Of a DNA stretch of 39,850 nt, positions 23,080-35,626 are shown in pieces; position 1 is the first letter of the stretch; the number at the start of each line of letters is the position of its first letter. Below the pieces are notes generated by a model that searched no databases, had not been told where the DNA came from, and saw only the letters and a list, made by a program, of their open reading frames with translations. Source of the DNA: Octopus sinensis (lineage: Eukaryota); the NCBI RefSeq assembly GCF_006345805.1, contig NW_021835801.1:1-39850 (forward strand). Reading direction: 5' to 3'. The position numbers and the translations under genes are program-made.

Positions 23080-23481
23080 AGGCGCAGGAGTGTCTGTGTG
23101 GTTTCGGATTCAGTCCCACTGCGTGGCATCTTGGGCAAGTGTCTTCTGCTATAGCCCCGGGCCGACCAATGCCTTGTGAGTGGATTTGGTAGACGGAAAC
23201 TGAAAGAAGCCTGTCGTATATATGTATATATATATGTATGTGTGTGTGCTTGTGTGTCTGTGTTTGTCCCCCTAGCATTGCTTGAGTACCGATGCTGGTG
23301 TGTTTACGTCCCCGTCACTTAGCGGTTCGGCAAAAGAGACCGATAGAATAAGTACTGGGCTTACAAAGAATAAGTCCCGGGGTCGAGTTGCTCGATTGAA
23401 GGCGGTGCTCCAGCATGGCCGCAGTCAAATGACTGAAACAAGTAAAAGAGTAAAAGAGTAAAAAGAGAGTAAAGAGAGAGT
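23080..23481 (+). mobile_element. SINE family A (small deletion in head)
   Basis: ggcgcaggagtg ... (AAAAGAGT)n tail. Confidence 0.92.
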
Positions 23482-24710
23482 GTAATTTATCACTTAATTA
23501 ATTAATTTACTATGTTCCCTTACCACCTTTGTATTATTGGAAAATCTCAATAGTTAACGGGACACTCCCAAACAGGGTCGTCATATAAAGCAGAATTGGT
23601 TTCCAGGCTCAGCAATGCGCTAAATACTCATTTGTTTCGCAGAAAACCACAGTATTTATGTTTTTAACGCTGTTGACACCACCGAATCGAATGGTACTGT
23701 TCAGGTATTGAAACCATAATGACATCCGTTAGGTAGCTGAAAATGAGATATATACGTTTGACCGCTGTGTTGACAGCAAACATTTTGTATGTTGTCTTTT
23801 CGTGGCTCTAAGTTGTTCATTGAAATTCTAGTTCTTGCTGAGTTAAACTTTTTTAGGGCACCTTAGTTTTTTGGTGTGTGGTGGTTTTGACGCCTATATC
23901 ATACCATACATTAAAACTGCGTGATTGTTCTTCATTGAGATTTTAATTCTAGCAAGGATAGTACTCGTTTAGGGGCTTATAGTATATGGAGGTTTTGTTA
24001 TAAAGATTAGCATAAAATCCCGACACTCGTGGAAATTCCTAGGTAACTGTTCAGTGTTCCCACGCTTTAAGACAAAGCTACTTCTAAGCATGTGGTGTCT
24101 CGGGTAATTAAATCCTAGCTCAGCCGGTACCTTCAGCTCACCCTGCTTCAGATACAAGTGGAAAAGAAAATGAAGAAACCACATCGCATAAGATTCTGCA
24201 GTAGGAAGCATCAAGGTACTAAGTTATTCTCAAACTGCAGACCTCATTTTCTGAATACTTACAGCAGAAAGGTTTCTGCTTAAGGTAACTAAAGGGGTTC
24301 ATGTTTTTAACCTTGTAGATTTAAAACTCTGATCAGTGGATTAGATATTATTTAGTTTGATTTGCGGAAATATATTGTCAATGAAGGGCCGCAGTTATCC
24401 AGAGTGATCGCGGATTAGGTAACCCGATGAAGGACTAGTGATTTGCATCCTGTTAACAACACTATGTCAGTAATACATTTAACTCGCAATAACGTGCTCC
24501 ACCAGAGCTGTGGTGGGAAATCACATTGGACGGTAAATGATATAGGAATTTATTCTGCATAAGAATATTTGGGTAAACTTCCTTCAAAAGGATATTTTAG
24601 ATATGAACTTCCTTTGTCTTATTCAGTTTCTGTGCCATCAAAACCTTGCATGCTGCCTGAGACCAACAATTTGTATATCAGTCCGTATATTGAATTACTC
24701 TTACGGAGGT

Positions 24711-24947
24711 AAGGCGGCGTGCTGGCAGAAACGTTAGCACGCCGGGCGAAATGCGTAGTCGTATTTCGTCTGCCGTTACGTTGTGAGTTCAAATTCCGCC
24801 GAGATCGACTTTGCCTTTCATCCTTTCGGGGTCGATAAATTAAGTACCAGTTATGCACTGGGGTCGATGTAATCGACTTAATACCTATGTCTATCCTTAT
24901 TTGTCCCCTCAATGTTTAGCCCCTCGTGGGTAATAAAGAAATAGGTA
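24711..24947 (+). mobile_element. SINE family B, full length
   Basis: Family B head and body; ends aataaagaaataggtat. Confidence 0.92.
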
Positions 24948-24987
24948 TAGACTTGTCAATTAGTGTTCGAGGAAAAAATATGCAATA

Positions 24988-25198
24988 CAAAGGGGTGCTG
25001 GAAAGTTCCTGGCTTTAATGATATCGCGAAAGGCCTGGCTGGAGGCCCAACCTTCCGAATTGTTTTACAGGGCTTAGTAAAACTGAAGGACCGCTGCAAT
25101 AAGTGCGTGAAATGGTGAGGGGAATAATAAAATCATAATTAATTGATCCTCCTGTATTTTCTTATACTCAAAGCCAAGAACTTTTCAGTACCCGCTCC
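24988..25198 (+). mobile_element. Mariner-derived MITE, complete (~210 bp)
   Basis: TA-flanked imperfect TIRs ggtgctggaaagttcctggcttt / aaagccaagaacttttcagtacc; transposase C-terminal remnant KLKDRCNKCVK. Confidence 0.8.
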
Positions 25199-25353
25199 TA
25201 TATGTTTTAGTTCTATATAAGAAACCATGGGCTTGTAAGTTAACTGGCTATGAACTGCTAGAAAGACGCATCGATATGAGTATACATTATCAAATTGAGT
25301 GAAATGACGAAAGTATCTATCGAGAAACATATTTAAACAAACGTACGTTTTCT

Positions 25354-25932
25354 TATTTCTTTATTACCCACATAGAGGGGACAAACAAGGACAGACAAAG
25401 GGATTAAGTCGATTATATCAACCCCAGTGCGTAACTGGTACTTAATTTATCGACCCCGGAAGGATGAAAAGAAAAGTCGACCTCGGCGGAATTTGAACTC
25501 AGAACGTAGCGATAGGCGAAATAGCGCTAAACGAAATACCTATTTCTTTACTACCCACCAGGGGCTACACACAGAGGGGACAAACATGGACAGACAAACG
25601 GATTAAGTCGATTATATCGACCCCAGTGCGTAAGAAAGGATGAAAGGCAAAGTCGACCTCGGCGGAATTTGAACTCAGAACGTACCGGCAGACGAAATAC
25701 CTATTTCTTTACTACCCACAAGGGGCTACACACAGAGGGGACAAACAAGGACAGACAAACGGATTAAGTCGATTATATCGACCCCTGTGCGTAACTGGTA
25801 CTTATCTAATCGACCTCGAAAGGATGAAAAGCGAAGTCGTCCTCGGCGGAATTTGAACTCAGAACGTGGCGGCAGACGAAATACCGCTAAGCATGTCGCC
25901 CGGCGTGCTAACGATTCTGCCAGCTCGCCGCC
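25354..25932 (-). mobile_element. Head-to-tail array of three SINE family B units
   Basis: One full head (~25880-25932) plus two further units joined at gaaatacc|tatttcttta. Confidence 0.9.
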
Positions 25933-26010
25933 GTACGATTTCTGCGATAAATTGAGAAGCGGTGACGAGTGACAGTTCTGTAAATAATAATAATTATAAG
26001 CTTAAAGCTA

Positions 26011-26119
26011 ATATGACCCGAAGAGGCGCATTCTACACCAGAGATGTAAGATAATTGACTGCACAACACCTCATCTGTGGACTACAGGTGCGAGAATGCG
26101 TCGAAACAATTGTATTAAT
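26011..26119 (+). ncRNA. Type I hammerhead-ribozyme-like motif (decayed, Penelope-type)
   Basis: CCGAAGA (26018-26024; one change from CTGANGA), stem II ggcgcattct/agaatgcgtc, GAAA (26103-26106), palindromic caattg, then TA (GUA triplet). Stem I is weak. Confidence 0.6.
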
Positions 26120-26321
26120 TTCAAATAAAGGAAGTCGGTAATTCCATTTTCTGTTGTTTATCTGTTTATATAAATTCTACGGATTCTGTGGAATTCCCGA
26201 TGTAAATCCTGTAGCATGTGCATTTCTACTTTATAATGACATCAGATAATCAATAACTATGGGCGAGCTTTACACAGCATTATACAAAATTTTTACTCGA
26301 ATCTTACTTAACTATATATAT

Positions 26322-26328
26322 GCACACA

Positions 26329-26398
<70 letters not shown>

Positions 26399-27979
26399 TG
26401 GAAAAGGTCAATTAAGTGATGCCAGTAATTGACTGGTGTTTATTTTTCAGACACATTGAAATGATAAACAGTAAAATTTCCGGTGGGATTAGAACTTAGA
26501 ACAGGACGGATCATATCCAAGTTCAGAGTTCTATCGAATCTGCCAAATACCGCCTTCCCAATGACATCCAGAGTGACATTTGTCAAACCCGTCAGGCTAC
26601 ACTTCTACAAGGAAGAGAAGTAAATCGAACCTCGGTGTTCTGAACTTGGTGCATATTCTCTCGGCTCGAAAGAATGGAAATAAATTCGGCCTCATCATAC
26701 TGCTCCTTCTCCCATATCTGACAATCAGCATCTAAAAACTGTATTTATTCGTCACAAGGAGTAAAAATGCTATAAATAAAAAGTCAAGAGAAAATCCCAC
26801 TTTCCCACTGAATTTGAAATATGGAAGAATGTTTTGGCATCTTTATGGCATTTTCTCTTAATCATTAACGAATGAATAATTTACAGAAAAGCAAACTTAA
26901 GTTGACAGTTAGGAATAAGTTTTCCGACGATGTATCGTGGTATTTGAATTTTATATTTTCCCACAATGGCATATCGTGAGTTTTGGCCATCCCGCTGTGA
27001 GTTAGTCAAATTGGTTGCCCACTTCCTTAAACGTAGAGTATCTTCGACTTCAGCAAAGAAACGTTGCCACTGGCCACTCTGAGTTATTCCTCTCAGCTAA
27101 TGTTGCTTAAAATAAGCAAATTATCAAGGCCATAAATGTGTTATACTCTTTTATATATAAGTCTAAATCCTTTAGTGGGAGGAATAAGGTTGGACAGTTG
27201 TTGAACTGATGACAGTTATTCAGCTGGTAACACATGCCGCGGCTATCTTTTTCATTAAGCCTATCTTTTTCATTAATGGCATGTCAACTTTGGAGGATCT
27301 TGATTCTTGAAATTATTACCCCTTCTCAAGTGAAACTGGTCTTAATTCCCATTTGGTATTTATGACATCTAGAAGCGTAGGTAATTTTAATGAATGAAGA
27401 ATTTTATGTCGTATGGTATTTAATATACCTGTATCAGTGTATGCTGTCACTGGCCACACTGAGTTATTTCTTCTGGTACATTATTGTTTAAAATATATAA
27501 AATGGCTACCCATTGCGGTCTACCACGACTCGTTATTCCACGATAATCTTGCTTCTTCAGGATCCCACAGCTTAGGGACTCACCATGTCTAGATCCAGCT
27601 CTTACATACAGACACTTCTATTGGCGAAACAAGCGGCAAGACTACACACAGGTTATAAGACGTAAAACGCTGGATCCGCCTACCGTTGCCTTATATCTTC
27701 AAACAGACATTAATAAAGATACAAACGGCTTTTTTGTTACAACTGTACGTACGCTGTGAGTTTCACGAGGACTTATCTACTCTAAGTATCAATGTTCTTT
27801 TTTATTACTTTTATCAATGACTGAAATGTCGGTTTCAAATATCAGACTAACAGACGAGGAAACACCTTTTCTATAGACAAACATTTAATCATGGGTGTCC
27901 ACCTAGACATTTAACGTAGCATAAATTTCAAACGATTGATACATAGATATGTGTGTGTGTGTGTTGTGGGCGTGCGCAC

Positions 27980-28074
<95 letters not shown>

Positions 28075-28076
28075 TG

Positions 28077-28132
<56 letters not shown>

Positions 28133-29734
28133 ACACACACAAATGGAAAAGGTCAATTAAGTGATGCCAGTAATTGACTGGTGTTTATTTTTCAGACACA
28201 TTGAAATGATAAACAGTAAAATTTCCGGTGGGATTAGAACTTAGAACAGGACGGATCATATCCAAGTTCAGAGTTCTCCTATCGAATCTGCCAAATACCG
28301 CCTTCCCAATGACATCCAGAGTGACATTTGTCAAATCCGTCAGGCTACACTTCTACAAGGAAGAGAAGTAAATCGAACCTCGGTGTTTTGAACTTGGTGC
28401 ATATTCTCTCGGCTCGAAAGAATGGAAATAAATTCGGCCTCATCATACTGCTCCTTCTCCCATATCTGACAATCAGCATCTAAAAACTGTATTTATTCGT
28501 CACAAGGAGTAAAAATGCTATAAATAAAAAGTCAAGAGAAAATCCCACTTTCCCACTGAATTTGAAATATGGAAGAATGTTTTGGCATCTTTATGGCATT
28601 TTCTCTTAATCATTAACGAATGAATAATTTACAGAAAAGCAAACTTAAGTTGACAGTTAGGAATAAGTTTTCCGACGATGTATCGTGGTATTTGAATTTT
28701 ATATTTTCCCACAATGGCATATCGTGAGTTTTGGCCATCCCGCTGTGAGTTAGTCAAATTGGTTGCCCACTTCCTTAAACGTAGAGTATCTTCGACTTCA
28801 GCAAAGAAACGTTGCCACTGGCCACTCTGAGTTATTCCTCTCAGCTAATGTTTGCTTAAAATAAGCAAATTATCAAGGCCATAAATGTGTTATACTCTTT
28901 TATATATAAGTCTAAATCCTTTAGTGGGAGGAAATAAGGTTGGACAGTTGTTGAACTGATGACAGTTATTCAGCTGGTAACACATGCCGCGGCTATCTTT
29001 TTCATTAAGCCTATCTTTTTCATTAATGGCATGTCAACTTTGGAGGATCTTGATTCTTGAAATTATTACCCCTTCTCAAGTGAAACTGGTCTTAATTCCC
29101 ATTTGGTATTTATGACATCTAGAAGCGTAGGTAATTTTAATGAATGAAGAATTTTATGTCGTATGGTATTTAATATACCTGTATCAGTGTATGCTGTCAC
29201 TGGCCACACTGAGTTATTTCTTCTGGTACATTATTGTTTAAAATATATAAAATGGCTACCCATTGCGGTCTACCACGACTCGTTATTCCACGATAATCTT
29301 GCTTCTTCAGGATCCCACAGCTTAGGGACTCACCATGTCTAGATCCAGCTCTTACATACAGACACTTCTATTGGCGAAACAAGCGGCAAGACTACACACA
29401 GGTTATAAGACGTAAAACGCTGGATCCGCCTACCGTTGCCTTATATCTTCAAACAGACATTATAAAGATACAAACGGCTTTTTTGTTACAACTGTACGTA
29501 CGCTGTGAGTTTCACGAGGACTTATCTACTCTAAGTATCAATGTTCTTTTTTATTACTTTTATCAATGACTGAAATGTCGGTTTCAAATATCAGACTAAC
29601 AGACGAGGAAACACCTTTTCTATAGACAAACATTTAATCATGGGTGTCCACCTAGACATTTAACGTAGCATTAAATTTCAAACGATTGATACATAGATAT
29701 GTGTGTGTGTGTGTGTGTGTGTGGGCGTGCGCAC

Positions 29735-29811
<77 letters not shown>

Positions 29812-29850
29812 TGTGTGTGTGTGTGATGCATACACACACACACATACACA
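26322..29850. repeat. Tandem duplication of a ~1.75-kb unit (26396-28080 and 28141-29832)
   Basis: Near-identical copies, offset 1745-1752 bp; boundaries lie in (CA)n tracts. Confidence 0.97.
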
Positions 29851-30159
29851 AACACGCACTCACACACGCGCGTATACATGCACACACACATACATATATG
29901 AATGAATATGATAGTTCATTCAAACGAAACAAAGAGAAAGTGGGTGGATTCTATTCCAAGACTGTATGAAACCCAATCATACCTCGTATATATTAGACGA
30001 GTAACAGAGCTTGCCGACGACGCATTGCTTTCACGGCTATTGAGAATAGCATGAACGCTTATGAGCGCACATGTGTCTAGCTATAGGAATAAATGGGATT
30101 GTGTGTATATGTGTGTATATTTGTGTGTCTAGGCTTGCATGTGAGTGCGTGAGTATGTG

Positions 30160-30463
30160 TTGTGTGTATGTATGTGTGTATGTATGTATGCATGTATGTA
30201 TGTATGTATGTATGTATGTATGTATGTATGTATGTATGTATGTATGTATATATGTATGTATGTCTATGTGTGTATGTATGTATGTATGTATGTATGTATG
30301 TATGTATGTGTGTATAAATGTATGTATATATATATGTGTATGTATGTATGTGTGTGTGTATGTATGTATGTATGTATGTGTGTATGTATGTATGTATGTA
30401 TGTATGTATGTATGTATGTGTGTATGTATGTGTGTATGTATGTATGTATGTATGTATGTATGT
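30160..30463. repeat. (TATG)n/(TG)n microsatellite
   Basis: Directly visible tandem repeats. Confidence 0.96.
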
Positions 30464-31040
30464 GCATACATATTCGTTCATACGGACCTCTTTACATAGA
30501 GACAGAGAGGAGGGAAAAATATAGAGACAGCGGCATTAAGGGAACCTAAATACACACACACAAGCGAACTTTTACAGAAACATACTCTCTCACACACGCA
30601 TTATATAGGCATACACACTGATGTGTGTGTGTGTACAGGCTCGCGCGTATATGTAAGCATGTTTATGAAAGTGTGTGCCTGTGCACATATAATATAATTT
30701 ATTTTAATATAGTTGATTACGCACTTATCGTTTAAAAACAGCTTATTCAGAAAAATTACGGCTTCCCCAAGAGATGTTCAACAAATCTCTCTGCGCTGTA
30801 GTCTCAATATACAAAGCTACCGCGTTGGCCGTCTCAGTTTCTGGCATTCTGTACTTTTTCGTCTGTCGTAGCATTCCTAATATCATTTTAGGAAGTAGGT
30901 GGTAAATCAGGGCTTAAGTAGCGTGACAGCTAGTTGTGACGGGCAAGCCTCCCATTCATTAAAGGGAATTTTGTATATGTATGTACGGAAATTTATGTTT
31001 AAAAATAGAAGTAGACATTTATTGGATGATCATTGACATT

Positions 31041-31423
31041 CATGGCACTCCGTCGGTTGCGACGACGTGGGTTCCAAATGATCCGATCAACGGAACTGTC
31101 TGCTCGTGAAATTAACGTGCAAGTGGCTGAGCACTCCACAGACACGTGTACCCTTAACGTAGTTATCGAGGAAATTCAGCATGACACGGAGTGTGACAAG
31201 GCTGGTCCGTTGATATAGAGGTACAACAGAAACAGGAAGAAAGAGTGAGAAAAAGTTGTGGTGAAAGAGTACAGAAGGGTTCGTCACCACCTCCTGTCTA
31301 GCCTCGTGGAGCTTTAGGCGTTTTCGCTCAATAAACACTCACAACGCCTGGTCTGGGAATCGAAACTGCGATCCTACGACTGTGAATCCGCTGCCCTAAC
31401 CACTGGGCCATTGCACCTCCACG
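31041..31423 (-). mobile_element. tRNA-derived SINE family C
   Basis: Reverse complement of 37727-38112; flanked by ttgacatt/ttgatatt. A diverged partial copy lies at ~31838-32030. Confidence 0.9.
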
Positions 31424-31530
31424 TTGATATTAGGGTTTCACTTTCATCTTTGTCATTCTTCATTTGGTTTCAATTTTCTGGAGCCTGCAGCTAACTTGTT
31501 TGTCACAGATTTCCAATATTTCGAGTTGTT

Positions 31531-31752
31531 AAGGTGGCGAACTGGCAGAAACGTTAGCACGCCGGGCAAAATGCTTAGCGGCATTTCGTCCGAGTTTACG
31601 TTCTGAGTTCAAATTCCACCGAAGTCGACTTTGCCTTTCATCCATTTCGGTGTCAGTAAAATAAGTACCAGTTGAGCACTGGGGTCGATGTAATCAATTT
31701 AATCCCTTCCCTAAAATTGTTAGCATTGTGCCAAAATTTGAAACCAATATTT
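31531..31752 (+). mobile_element. SINE family B (alternative tail)
   Basis: Family B head and body; tail ...ttgtgccaaaatttgaaaccaatatt. Confidence 0.88.
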
Positions 31753-31791
31753 TGAGTTTTTATTCTTTCTTGCTGTTCGCGCGCACACACA

Positions 31792-31839
<48 letters not shown>

Positions 31840-32059
31840 TGGCATGAATGGATCTCCGTCGGTTTCGACATTGAAGATCCAGTTTTTCAATTGAATGGAT
31901 TACCTGCTCATTGAATCAAAATGTAAGTGGTTGAGTTTTTCACAGAAAGGTGTGCCGTTAACGTAATTCCCCGGCAGAATCAGTGTGGCACTGTGTGCGA
32001 CTAGGCTGTATCTTTTTAATTATAGATGCAATCCATCCAATGGACCTCTATTCAGTTTC

Positions 32060-32478
32060 CTTTTTTCTTTACTGCCCACAAGGTGCTACACACAGAGAGG
32101 ACAAACAAGGACAGACAAACGGATTAAGTCGATTACATCGACTCCAGTGAGTAACTGGTACTTAATTTATCGACCCCGAAATGATAAAAGGCAAAGTCGA
32201 CCTCGGCGGAATTTGAACTCAGAACGTAGCGGCAGATGAAATACCTATTTCTTTACTACCTACGAGGGGCTAAACACAGAGAGGACAAACAAAGACAGAC
32301 AAACGGATTAAGTCGATTACATCGACTCCACTGCGTAACTGGTACTTAATTTATCGACCCCGAAAGGATGAAAGGCAAAGTCGACCTCGGCGGAATTTGA
32401 ACTCAGAACGTAACGGCAGACGAAATACCGCTAAGCACGTCGCACGGCGTGCTAACATTTCATCCAGTTCGCCGCCTT
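32060..32478 (-). mobile_element. Two-unit SINE family B array
   Basis: Same gaaatacc|tatttcttta junction at ~32239-32256. Confidence 0.9.
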
Positions 32479-32865
32479 TTATTCATTTTCCGTCAACCCA
32501 AGTTCACTCTGAAGGTATGGGTCTGTCCGAAGCGACAACATTTGGTAATCACCCAAGATGTCACGCAAGGGGATCAAATTCAGGGCTATGTAGTTGCGAA
32601 GCGAAATTCTCAACCAGATGCGGACCCAAGTGTGAAGGGGACTGAGGGGCTGAGGAGTACGTGTCTCTCTCAAGAAAAGAAGTGCGCGCTTCTAAATAAT
32701 GTTCTTACGCCCTTTTCCCCTGGTATTGTACTCCCTTCTGATTATGTGCCCTCCTCCGAAAAATTCATAAGAACGCGCCAGTAAACAGTCCGGCAATGCT
32801 GCGTCCTACCACGTGTGTGTGTGGTGGGGTGAGTATGTGCGTGCGCGTATGAACACGTATGTTTC

Positions 32866-32949
32866 TATGTATATATGTATGTATGTATGTATGTATGTGT
32901 ATGTATGTATGTATGTATGTATGTATGTATGTATATATGTAGTAGTCTG

Positions 32950-32980
<31 letters not shown>

Positions 32981-33196
32981 ATATTATGTATGTATGTATG
33001 TATGTATGCATGTATGTATGTATGTATGGATGGATGATGTATGGATGTATGTATGTATGTATATATGTATGTATGTATGTATGTTATGTATGTATGAATG
33101 TATGTATGTATGTATGTATGATAGTATGTATTATAATGTATGTATGTATGTATGTATGTATGTATGAATGTATGATTATGTATGTATGTATGTATG

Positions 33197-33230
<34 letters not shown>

Positions 33231-33244
33231 CGTATGTATGTATG

Positions 33245-33278
<34 letters not shown>

Positions 33279-33288
33279 TGTATGTATG

Positions 33289-33322
<34 letters not shown>

Positions 33323-33445
33323 TGTATGTATGGATGGATGGATGTATGTATGTATGTATGTATGTATATATGTATGTATGTACGTATGTATGTATGTATG
33401 TATGTATGTATGTATGTATGTATGTATGTATATATGTATGTATAG
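32866..33445. repeat. Long (TATG)n microsatellite
   Basis: Directly visible tandem repeats. Confidence 0.97.
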
Positions 33446-33700
33446 ATGTAAATAGTTCATAGATGAGAATCAGATATTCTCTGTACAGAATACACTTAGT
33501 AGTGTTAAAGGGAATTAAGCTTGAGTGGGTATAGAAATAAATATAGGGATAAGCGATTTAAACAGATCAGTATATAAAGTTTTACTATATTAATACGTGA
33601 AATACAAAAATTGTATATATGTTTACATAAAGAATGGTCTGGCTTAAAAAGAATACAACTGGTAGAGAGGATTAAAGGGGTTGAAGAAAAGTGTTACAAA

Positions 33701-33792
33701 TCCAACAGCTGTTTCTGGGGGGCTCGGCGGTCCAAAATAATGTTTGTGGATTGATTCCATCATAGGCCGAGATGAGCCTCCGTCATCAGGGA
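33701..33792 (-). ncRNA. Type I hammerhead-ribozyme-like motif (Penelope-type)
   Basis: Minus strand: tcc-CTGATGA-cggaggctc...gagcccccca-GAAA-cagctg-TT-gga. Intact core, palindromic stem III, 3-bp stem I; the first stem II pair is a mismatch. Confidence 0.65.
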
Positions 33793-33942
33793 AGAGATCT
33801 TACACGAGGTATTAAAGGAAAGAATATTAAATGTGGAATGTGTATGTATGTATGTATGTATGTATGTATAGTTGTATGTATGTATGTAATGTATGTTATG
33901 TACATGTATGTATGTATATAAATACTGTTATATATATATCAT

Positions 33943-34007
<65 letters not shown>

Positions 34008-34008
<1 letters not shown>

Positions 34009-34980
34009 ACTTAGAATAACTTAGAAAGGTTTTGGCCAGTATTGGCCCAGGCCATGTCTAACTTAATAGCACCACCTGTGAAGTCTTTCAGTTCAGGATT
34101 TGGGCACCAAGGCCCATTCGAGCAGAGAGTTATTGTTTGCGGAGACATATCCGGGTTGGTGTTTGTTCCGGTACTGTTTGAAGGAATTTGTCCAAAGACT
34201 TCTTGAATTTTGTGTGGTCAGTTTCTTTTTTGACGTGCCCTGGTGTAATGTTGAAGAGAGCAGGTCCAATTGAGGTGAAATAGTTGTGCCGTATTGTCGT
34301 TATGTGATGCGATTTAGATTTTTGTTGTGGACGGATGGCACGTGGTCCAAGCCTTGGATGCATTTTGAAGGTGATGCCAACATCATTCGGACAGTGCTGG
34401 TGGAATATTTTCACATCATACAGATAATGTAGCGTTCACGGCGTCGTTGGAGTGAATACAATTTCAGCTTCTCTAGTCTACCCCAGTAGTCAAGGTCTGA
34501 CATGCCATCTATCTTTTTTGTGATTGACCTTTGGGGAGCTTCAATTCTCATAATATTTTGTTTTGTGTAGGGAGACCACAGTGGACAGCAGTATTCAAGG
34601 TGGGGTCGGGCAAAAGTGGAGAAGAGAAGGATAATAGCGTGGAATCTCTCGACTGGAAGGTTCTGAGAATCCAGGAACACATTCTGCGGGCCATGTCAAC
34701 TTTGCTGCTTATATGTGTAGCCCAGCTTATGTTGTTGTCCACTGTTACTCCCAGGTCTCTGATGTTGTTGGATGCCATGAGAATTTCTCCAGAAGGAAGA
34801 GAGTATGGGAGTTTCAGAGCGTCCTCCCTTCCAAAGTGGATCAGTTCAAATTTGTCTTCATTTAGCAACATGTTATTCTTTTCTGCCCATTGGACAACAG
34901 CCAGTAGGTCTGACTGAAGGTTTATTCGGTCATCCACGCCATTGATGACCTTCTGGAGCATTGATGACCTTCTGATGACC
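34008..34980 (-). mobile_element. 5'-truncated CR1-like LINE (RT C-terminal half to 3' end) between (TA)n tracts
   Basis: LQSDLLAVVQWAEKNNMLLNEDKF, RDLGVTVD, RPHLEYCCPLWSP, RLEKLKLYSLQRRRER, LFNITP, FKKSLDKFL; tail repeat (TTCTAAGTTA)2. Confidence 0.92.
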
Positions 34981-35048
34981 ATCTGTATATATATACATAT
35001 ATATATATACATACATATACATACATATATATATATATACATACAAAT

Positions 35049-35116
<68 letters not shown>

Positions 35117-35275
35117 ATATATGTTGTACAAAAGGAGGGAAAAGCTATAACAATTGTATTAGTTTATGTTTGAAAAGTTTCGGACGTTAATTCTTCATCA
35201 CAAAAAGAAAATAAAAAATACGAGTGTAATGAATGACAAAGAATTTGAACACACACACACACACATGCACACACA

Positions 35276-35316
<41 letters not shown>

Positions 35317-35394
35317 ATATATACATACATACATACATACATATATATATATATATATCTCATACATGTTTATTTTATAATGTAAATGTTTTGC

Positions 35395-35615
35395 TTTTCA
35401 TTTCCAAAAATTTATTCGGTATTTATTTTTAACGACTCCTGTCTGAATTAACGTGTTGCCCTTTATCAAAGGAATGCTAAAAGTAGAATAGGGGGGTGGG
35501 GTGGAAAATAATGGGAAGCTAAAGGTAATGCAGCATTGCCCTCAAAACTACTCACCTGATGATGTGCGAGAATACCGCTTCTTCTAGATCATATTTATAG
35601 AATATTTACATAATA
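35395..35615 (-). promoter_or_regulatory. Candidate TATA box + short exon + splice donor (copy 2)
   Basis: TATAAA at 35594-35599 and CAG|GTGAGT at 35550-35558; same spacing as copy 1. Confidence 0.35.
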
Positions 35616-35626
35616 ATATGTATATA

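Noticed and set aside
23960-24480. Possible Penelope endonuclease remnant with CCGATGA at ~24424
   Set aside because: No clear GIY-YIG motif and no matching GAAA or stems found by eye; too degenerate to call.
25354-25932. Regularly spaced repeats that might suggest a CRISPR array
   Set aside because: Units are 150-230-bp SINE copies with no unique spacers; there are no cas genes and the context is eukaryotic.
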